Shown: in pieces, positions 28,361-32,000 of the stretch
Numbering within the stretch: the stretch's first letter is position 1
How the letters are laid out: each line of letters starts with the position of its first letter
Assembly (NCBI RefSeq): GCF_039383305.1
Contig: NZ_CP135009.1
Span: forward strand, 60,001 to 92,000
DNA: 32,000 bases
Direction of reading: 5' to 3'
DNA from: Candidatus Saccharimonadota bacterium
Lineage (GTDB): Bacteria > Pseudomonadota > Gammaproteobacteria > Enterobacterales > Enterobacteriaceae
Translations under genes and position numbers: made by a program
The notes under the pieces: generated by a model
The model's input: the letters and a program-made list of their open reading frames with translations, nothing else
The model's database searches: none
Told to the model about the DNA's origin: nothing

Positions 28361-30280
28361 ATGCCCATTATTACTTTTTCTACGGGAATTAAAAAAAAAT
28401 ATTATAAGAGTGTTTTTTTAAAAAAAATTGTAAAAGATATTTCTAAAAAAACACATATAAAGTATATTGCTGGATATGTGAATGATATTTTAGTAAATTT
28501 AGATTTTTTAATTACGAAAGACGTAAATGTAATTTTAATTTCTGAAAATGATAAAATTTTTTTAAAAAAAATTCGTATTTCGTGTATGCAATTATTAAAT
28601 TATGCTGTTACAGAACTTTGGCCGCAGATAAAAAAAACGAATGGAGTACTAACAGAAGATGGATTTTATTGTGATTTTGATAGTTCAGAGTTTTTTTTGA
28701 AAAAAGAAGATTTATTATTGATTACTAAAAAAATGATATTTCTTTTATCACAAAAATATAATATTTTTTTTAAAAAAGTTTCAAAAAAAAAATTTTTAAA
28801 AAAATTAGATGAAAGACAAGAAATGTATCAAAGTATTTTAATTAAAGAAAATATTTCGCTTTCTGACAAAATTTTTGTATATTTTCATCAGAATTATTCT
28901 GAAGAATGTCATGAATTACAAGTATCTAATATATATTTTTGTAAAAATTTTTTTTTAAAAGATATTTCTGGAGCATATTGGAAAAATGATAGTAAAAATA
29001 AAATGTTGCAACGGATTCATGTAGTAGTCTGGTCTTCATCAAATATGTTGTTGAAATATAAACAAAAATTATTAAAATTAGAAAAACGAGATCATAGGAA
29101 ATTATCTAAAAGATTAGATTTGTATCATATTCAAAAAGATTCTCCAGGTATGGTATTTTGGCATCCTAATGGTTATATACTTTTTAGACAATTAGAAAAT
29201 TTTATTCGTGTTCAATTATTAAAATTTTCTTATCAAGAAGTTAAAAGTCCATTTATTTTAAATAAAACATTATGGGAAAAAAGCGGTCATTTAGAAAATT
29301 TTAAAAAATCAATATTTATAACTCAATCAGAACATCAAATCTATTGTATTAAACCTATGAATTGTCCTGGTCATGTTGAAATTTTTAAAAAAAAAATAAG
29401 GACATATAAAGATTTACCATTACGAATGTCTGAATTTGGTAGTTGCCATCGTAAAGAACCTTCTGGGGCATTACATGGTTTAATGCGTGTTCGTAATTTT
29501 ACTCAAGATGATGCTCATATATTTTGTAGACGTACTCAAATTAAAAAAGAATTAAATAATTGCATTGATTTGATTTTAAATACATATAAAATTTTTGGGT
29601 TTAAAAAAATTTCTATAAAATTTTCTACAAGACCTAAAAAAAGTATTGGAAATACTATTCTTTGGAATCAAGCAGAAAATGATCTTAAATGTGTTTTAAT
29701 GGAAAAAAAAATTTTTTTTGAAATACAAAAAGGTGAAGGGGCTTTTTATGGGCCAAAAATTGAAATATCTTTAGAAGATAGTTTACAGAGAATTTGGCAA
29801 TGCGGCACAATACAATTGGATTTTAATTTGTCTAAACGATTAAATGCTTTTTATATTAATAAAAATAATGTACGTATAGCGCCTATTATTATACATCGAG
29901 CTATTTTGGGATCTATGGAGCGTTTTATTGGAATTTTAATTGAAGAATATCAGGGAAAGTTTCCTTTATGGTTATCTCCGATTCAGCTTGTTGTTTTAAT
30001 TATTTCGACAAAACATAAAGAATATGCAAAAAAATTTTGTAAAAAGTGTACTTTTTATGGGATACGGTATATTTTTGATACTAGTAAAATAAATTTAAAT
30101 TTAAAAATAAAAAAATATGTAATGCAATATATTCCTTATATTGTTATTTTTGGGGATAAAGAGATTTTAAATAATTTAATTACTATTCGAAAACGTGAAA
30201 GTAGTGTGTTATATACAAAAAAAATTAAAGTATTTTTAAAAGAATTGTCAGAAAAAATTATTACTTATGATAGATCTTAA
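28361..30280 (+). CDS. thrS: Threonine--tRNA ligase
   Basis: The start was moved from 28328 to the ATG at 28361, preceded by AGGA at 28351..28354. MPIITFSTG matches E. coli MPVITLPDG. The catalytic core is highly conserved (KRDHRKL, CIKPMNCPGHV, LRMSEFGSCHR, MRVRNFTQDDAHIF, HRAILGSMERFIGIL). Length is 639 aa versus 642 aa. Confidence 0.95.
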   Translation: MPIITFSTGIKKKYYKSVFLKKIVKDISKKTHIKYIAGYVNDILVNLDFLITKDVNVILISENDKIFLKKIRISCMQLLNYAVTELWPQIKKTNGVLTEDGFYCDFDSSEFFLKKEDLLLITKKMIFLLSQKYNIFFKKVSKKKFLKKLDERQEMYQSILIKENISLSDKIFVYFHQNYSEECHELQVSNIYFCKNFFLKDISGAYWKNDSKNKMLQRIHVVVWSSSNMLLKYKQKLLKLEKRDHRKLSKRLDLYHIQKDSPGMVFWHPNGYILFRQLENFIRVQLLKFSYQEVKSPFILNKTLWEKSGHLENFKKSIFITQSEHQIYCIKPMNCPGHVEIFKKKIRTYKDLPLRMSEFGSCHRKEPSGALHGLMRVRNFTQDDAHIFCRRTQIKKELNNCIDLILNTYKIFGFKKISIKFSTRPKKSIGNTILWNQAENDLKCVLMEKKIFFEIQKGEGAFYGPKIEISLEDSLQRIWQCGTIQLDFNLSKRLNAFYINKNNVRIAPIIIHRAILGSMERFIGILIEEYQGKFPLWLSPIQLVVLIISTKHKEYAKKFCKKCTFYGIRYIFDTSKINLNLKIKKYVMQYIPYIVIFGDKEILNNLITIRKRESSVLYTKKIKVFLKELSEKIITYDRS

Positions 30281-30282
30281 TA

Positions 30283-30299
30283 AAGGAGTATAGCGTATT
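30283..30299 (+). promoter_or_regulatory. infC: infC translation initiation region: Shine-Dalgarno sequence plus non-canonical ATT start
   Basis: AAGGAG at 30283..30288 is followed 8 nt later by ATT at 30297..30299, in frame with the IF3 ORF. In E. coli the AUU start is the basis of IF3 autoregulation. Confidence 0.75.
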
Positions 30300-30839
30300 A
30301 AATTCGGAAAAAAAACTCAAGTAATTCGTTCTCATCGTATTAATGAAGAAATTTTTGCTTCAAAAGTACGTTTGACAAATTTGGAAGGTGCGCAAATTGG
30401 AATTTTTTCTTTAAAAGCAGCTTTAATTCAAGCTCATAATTTTGGTGTAGATTTAGTAGAAATAAGTCCTAATGCTAATCCTCCAGTTTGTCGGTTAATG
30501 GATTACGGAAAATTTTTATATGAAAAAAATAAAGCAGCCAAAAAACAAAAAAAACGACAAAAAATTATTTTACTTAAGGAAGTCAAATTTCGTCCTAGTA
30601 CACAAGAAAGTGATTATCAAGTAAAATTACGAAATTTAATTCGTTTTTTAGAAGAAGGTCATAAAGTCAAAATTACATTAAGATTTAGAGGTCGTGAAAT
30701 GGCACATCAAAATCTTGGTATAAATCTTTTAAAACGAGTTGAAAAAGATTTAAAAATTTTATCTATTATTGAATATTTTCCTACTAAAATTGAAGGTCGT
30801 CAAATGATTATGTTAGTAGCTCCTAAAAAAAAATATTAA
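30297..30839 (+). CDS. infC: Translation initiation factor IF-3 (ATT start)
   Basis: The ORF track begins at the internal TTG at 30372. The frame is open upstream and encodes (I)[30 protein letters not shown], collinear with E. coli [31 protein letters not shown]. This gives 180 aa, the same as E. coli. [27 protein letters not shown] and [10 protein letters not shown] are conserved. Confidence 0.9.
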   Translation: MKFGKKTQVIRSHRINEEIFASKVRLTNLEGAQIGIFSLKAALIQAHNFGVDLVEISPNANPPVCRLMDYGKFLYEKNKAAKKQKKRQKIILLKEVKFRPSTQESDYQVKLRNLIRFLEEGHKVKITLRFRGREMAHQNLGINLLKRVEKDLKILSIIEYFPTKIEGRQMIMLVAPKKKY

Positions 30840-30906
30840 ATTAATATTATTTGTTATATAAAAAATTATTTTATATTTAAAAAAAAATTAATACGGAAGA
30901 TATTAT

Positions 30907-31104
30907 ATGCCTAAGATTAAAACTGTACGTAGTATTTTTAAGAGATTTAAGAAAATTTCTTTAGGACGTTTAAAACGTAAACAAGCAAATTTAAGGCATA
31001 TTTTAACTAAAAAAACAACTCAGAGAAAACGTCATTTAAGACGAAAAATTTTAGTAAAGATTGTAGATCAGAAAAGAATTTTATTATGTTTACCATATGT
31101 ATAG
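30907..31104 (+). CDS. rpmI: 50S ribosomal protein L35
   Basis: 65 aa. MPKIKTVRS...[10 protein letters not shown]...KRHLR...CLPYV is collinear with E. coli L35. Confidence 0.95.
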   Translation: MPKIKTVRSIFKRFKKISLGRLKRKQANLRHILTKKTTQRKRHLRRKILVKIVDQKRILLCLPYV

Positions 31105-31146
31105 AATTTTTTTATTAATTTTTTTATTTTTAAAAAGGAGTTTTAA

Positions 31147-31509
31147 ATGGCTCGTGTTAAACGAGGAGTAACAGCGCATGCTAGACATAAAAAAATTTTA
31201 AAACAAGCAAAAGGATATTATGGAGCTCGATCTCGAGTATATAGAGTCGCAAAACAATCTGTAATTAAAGCCGGTCAATATGCTTATAGGGATAGACGGC
31301 AAAAAAAAAGAGAATTTAGAAAATTATGGATCATTCGTATTAATGCTGCTGTAAATTTTTATAATTTATCTTATAGTCAATTTATGTATGGTTTAAAAAA
31401 AATATATGTTTTAGTCAATAGAAAAATTTTGTCAGATTTAGCTATTTTTCATAAAAATGATTTTTTGTTATTAGTTAAAAAAGTACAGGTTTTTTTAAAT
31501 CATTCTTAA
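31147..31509 (+). CDS. rplT: 50S ribosomal protein L20
   Basis: [55 protein letters not shown] is near-identical to E. coli L20. AAGGAG lies upstream at 31135..31140. Confidence 0.96.
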   Translation: MARVKRGVTAHARHKKILKQAKGYYGARSRVYRVAKQSVIKAGQYAYRDRRQKKREFRKLWIIRINAAVNFYNLSYSQFMYGLKKIYVLVNRKILSDLAIFHKNDFLLLVKKVQVFLNHS

Positions 31510-31621
31510 AATTTTTTAAAAATAAAAAAAATTAATATTTAAATAATATTTTTTAAAAAAAATATTAAAAAATTTCATATAAATTATTTTCTATTAAAGA
31601 TTGAAGGTAAGGAAAATTAAT

Positions 31622-32000
31622 ATGAAGTCTCTAAAAGAACTGAGTATAGTTTTTAAGAATATTTTTAAAGAATTTAAACAAGAATTACATAATATTCATA
31701 ATTTACAGAAAGTAGATTATTGTAAGTCTAAATATTTAGGGAAAAAAAGTGTTTTGATTCAGTATTTTAAAAAGATAAAAAAATTTTCTGTTGAAATTAA
31801 AAAAAAATATAGTTTTATATTAAATAATTTTAAGCAAAAAATTTTAGAAAATATTTTAATAAAAAAAAAAGATATTAAAAGAAAAATTTTAGAAAATAAA
31901 AAAAATATAATACAATACGATGTTTCTTTACCGGGACGTCGTATAGAAACTGGTAGTTTACATCCTGTAACTATTATTATTCAAAAAATTTTAAGTTTTT
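31622..32000 (+). CDS. pheS: Phenylalanine--tRNA ligase alpha subunit, 5' fragment (continues past the window end)
   Basis: Not in the ORF track because no stop falls inside the window. The ATG at 31622 is preceded by GAAGGTAAGGA. The translation MKSLKEL...KSKYLGKKS...YDVSLPGRRIETGSLHPVT matches E. coli PheS (VEYLGKKG...IDVSLPGRRIENGGLHPVT). Confidence 0.9.
   Translation, partial: MKSLKELSIVFKNIFKEFKQELHNIHNLQKVDYCKSKYLGKKSVLIQYFKKIKKFSVEIKKKYSFILNNFKQKILENILIKKKDIKRKILENKKNIIQYDVSLPGRRIETGSLHPVTIIIQKILSF

Noticed and set aside
1-32000. Search for CRISPR arrays, IS elements or transposases, integrases, phage genes, toxin-antitoxin pairs or defence systems, and unexplained long ORFs or structured repeats
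   Set aside because: None was found. Every ORF over 100 aa has a clear housekeeping homolog in conserved order, and the only repeats are short A/T low-complexity matches. Intergenic regions total only a few kb and lack GC-containing structure apart from the hairpins reported. I do not see evidence for a novel system in this window.

Overview
This window is a gene-dense, collinear core-chromosome segment of an extremely AT-rich, reduced gammaproteobacterial endosymbiont genome. GC is roughly 20% by eye and proteins are rich in Lys, Ile, Asn and Phe. From memory, gene content and order match Buchnera aphidicola, probably a highly reduced lineage; I could not run BLAST to confirm this. The order is pmbA (3' part), rnpB, rsmI, fabB, tal, tkt, dapE, dapA, aroC, smrB, hisGDCBHAFI, gnd, metG, tilS, tRNA-Val(GAC), nth, tyrS, sufA-like, ydiK-like permease, aroH, thrS, infC, rpmI, rplT, pheS (5' part). 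Every CDS is close to the length of its E. coli homolog except metG, which lacks the C-terminal domain. I see no mobile element, CRISPR array, prophage, defence island or unexplained long ORF, and no evidence for a novel multi-gene system. The observations worth a second look are signatures of reductive evolution. (1) The ThrRS editing site has lost most catalytic residues. (2) The conserved N-terminus of rsmI has no in-frame canonical start, and an ATG sits one frame off across a 10-A tract. (3) The mature 5' end of rnpB lies inside the last codons of rsmI. (4) Many in-frame homopolymer tracts of 10-13 nt occur within CDSs, and the collision nuclease gene smrB is retained. (5) The his and pheST leader regions are absent while the infC ATT start is kept. 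(6) Three junctions appear to have lost genes (dcd, rnf/rsx, sufBCDSE). Several start codons in the supplied ORF track were moved by homology to the E. coli N-termini.
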